The translations under genes and the position numbers were made by a program. From the NCBI GenBank assembly GCA_002009975.1, contig MTLP01000025.1:1-62735 (forward strand): a stretch of 62,735 nt of DNA, written 5' to 3'. The notes beneath the pieces were generated by a model. That model was not told where the DNA came from. It saw nothing but the letters and a program-made list of their open reading frames with translations, and ran no database searches. Positions 61,315 to 62,735 of the stretch are shown here, one piece after another. Positions within the stretch are counted from its first letter, which is position 1. Every line of letters starts with the position of its first letter. This DNA comes from Thermococcus sp. JdFR-02 (GTDB taxonomy: Archaea; Methanobacteriota_B; Thermococci; Thermococcales; Thermococcaceae).

Positions 61315-61868
61315 TGGAGGTAGATAGGAAGTTTTTGGCAAGGTATTGGGGTTTAGTCGGCATGTTAAGAGACAACAAAAGCATTGCAATGCTCGGCGAA
61401 GAGATAGTTTCAAGAATGACTAAATTTGGCTATTGGGAGTCACCAACAACTCTTGTTGAAGAAGGCTTGATTTATGAACTCGATGTTCCAGAAAATAGAC
61501 GAAGAAGAATACCGGAGAGAAAAATATACGCTTTGACTGAAAAAGGCGTGAAATGGCTTGAAGAAAACATAGAAAAATACAACAAGATGTTCGAGGAATA
61601 CTCAAAGAGAAATGCTGTTAAGATTCTGAGTAACTTTGAAATATTTGCATGGCGCAACATCAGAGAATTTTTCGAGCATTGGGAGGTAGTGAAAGCCTTA
61701 ACAGTCTCGATGGGTGACTATTTGCTTCTCATTGTGAAGAGTAAGAAGTCAGGGGAAGAGTTAGCCCTCTTCATGAAAAACTATGATGGCTTCAATTGGG
61801 AGCTTAGGACATTTGACATTAATGTAACGGAGGATGTAAAGAGCTGGATAAAGGGGGTTTCACAATGA
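61311..61868 (+). CDS. Hypothetical protein with wHTH-like wing
   Basis: LVEEGLI...RKIYALTEKG..WL. Confidence 0.7.
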   Translation: MMEVDRKFLARYWGLVGMLRDNKSIAMLGEEIVSRMTKFGYWESPTTLVEEGLIYELDVPENRRRRIPERKIYALTEKGVKWLEENIEKYNKMFEEYSKRNAVKILSNFEIFAWRNIREFFEHWEVVKALTVSMGDYLLLIVKSKKSGEELALFMKNYDGFNWELRTFDINVTEDVKSWIKGVSQ

Positions 61869-61966
61869 GCTGGCTTGTTTTTCTTATTGGCTTGGCAATT
61901 GGCTTGTTTTTTGGTTTTTGTATAGGGGATGCTCATGGATGGCTTGATGGGAGGATGGGAGCATGA
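61865..61966 (+). CDS. 33-aa single-TM micro-protein
   Basis: MSWLVFLIGLAIGLFFGFCIGDAHGWLDGRMGA; ATGA overlaps on both sides. Confidence 0.65.
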   Translation: MSWLVFLIGLAIGLFFGFCIGDAHGWLDGRMGA

Positions 61967-62295
61967 GTAAGAAGATTGTGATTATTCAGTCAATTTATAG
62001 GCGCCATTCAAAGCACTTCGCAACAACTGAGTGGCATATGGTCTATCTTGGCAAGAGAGAATCAGAAGCACTTGAAAAAGCTGTAGGAAAACCTGTTGCA
62101 GATAAAGATGATATCAAAAGGCTCTACGAGTTAGCCTATGGAGCAGGATACGCTACTTGGAGATACTTGCCTTACTCCGACGGATATCCGTATTTCACGG
62201 ATAGAAAGGCTGTGGAAGAGTTTCTGAGGACATATGGATACGAGCCAATGACTATTGCAAAGGCGAGACGTGTTCTAAAGGTGGTGAAAGCATGA
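61963..62295 (+). CDS. Hypothetical protein
   Basis: Coupled ORF with GGAGG RBS. Confidence 0.7.
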   Translation: MSKKIVIIQSIYRRHSKHFATTEWHMVYLGKRESEALEKAVGKPVADKDDIKRLYELAYGAGYATWRYLPYSDGYPYFTDRKAVEEFLRTYGYEPMTIAKARRVLKVVKA

Positions 62296-62639
62296 GCGAG
62301 GTCAACACTCTCACTATCCAGGAAGAAGAGAACATCATCGCCAGAGCGATGGCAGAGTGGAATGCTCAGCATGTTCAAGTCCTCATTGATGATGACAGCA
62401 TTCCTAAGAATGCCCATTATCTTCCTTTAGAATCTTTAATTGAATTTTTGGAGTCTCAGAAGGTTCCAACAAAGGTAATTGTGAGCGGCGAGAATTACAT
62501 CATCAAACTGAGGAAATACGTGAGTTGGAACGATTTTAGGGACTTTAGGGATGGACTGATTAAGTTTCTCAGGCAAGGGCAGTGGATTGCTCCCGACTAC
62601 CGCAAAGGGAAAGGCTTCATTGTGAAGAGGTGGAGGTGA
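62292..62639 (+). CDS. Hypothetical protein
   Basis: ATGA-coupled ORF. Confidence 0.7.
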   Translation: MSEVNTLTIQEEENIIARAMAEWNAQHVQVLIDDDSIPKNAHYLPLESLIEFLESQKVPTKVIVSGENYIIKLRKYVSWNDFRDFRDGLIKFLRQGQWIAPDYRKGKGFIVKRWR

Positions 62640-62643
62640 GAGC

Positions 62644-62735
62644 ATGACATATCGCATTTGGATTGCGGATCGTAATAATACTGCGAATGTCTTCTATGAA
62701 GACTACGAGAGCTACGAGGAAGCGGAAGAGAAGGC
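62644..62735 (+). CDS. Hypothetical protein, truncated by window end
   Basis: GGAGGTGA RBS then MTYRIWIADRNN..., open to the end. Confidence 0.55.
   Translation, partial: MTYRIWIADRNNTANVFYEDYESYEEAEEK

Larger units (their letters stand above)
38859..62735. mobile_element. Integrated element (provirus/integrative plasmid, TKV-like), right end outside window
   Basis: Starts at the tRNA half; split integrase; dense co-directional hypothetical genes, ATPase, TA pair, RHH/wHTH genes; no core genes. Confidence 0.92.

Noticed and set aside
59531-62735. Replication initiator, MCM or primase in the right-hand operon
   Set aside because: No Walker, HUH or primase motifs in the visible ORFs; such a gene may lie beyond the window.

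Overview
Archaeal chromosome segment from a low-GC Thermococcales-like hyperthermophile (TBP, Nop5/fibrillarin, R15P isomerase, IOR, ADP-forming acyl-CoA synthetase, GGAGGTGA-type RBSs). It has four parts. (1) 1-15.6 kb and 28.7-35.6 kb are mostly core genes, plus a C/D-box sRNA and a C2H2 micro-protein missed by the ORF track. (2) 15.7-18.3 kb is a PadR regulator divergent from two QueG/reductive-dehalogenase-like Fe-S paralogs. (3) 18.5-28.7 kb is a co-directional defence-like cluster: McrBC, MBL-fold nuclease, HsdR_N, NYN and an RHH-containing unknown. (4) From 38,859 past the window end is an integrated element inserted at a tRNA 3' half by an SSV1/pTN3-type split tyrosine integrase. The element carries a LamG protein, two (possibly three) paralogous secreted Trp-rich proteins, subtilase and M48 proteases, many small membrane proteins, a FtsK/HerA-type ATPase with an atypical Walker B, an S-layer-like protein and an RHH-MazF TA pair. 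It also has a GC-rich structured intergenic element and a ~260-bp AT-rich imperfect palindrome. The best candidate for an undescribed system is the element's repeated 'secreted paralog + protease + small membrane proteins' module with a shared C-terminal W-x-S-I/L-L motif. All calls come from motif reading by eye; no searches were run.
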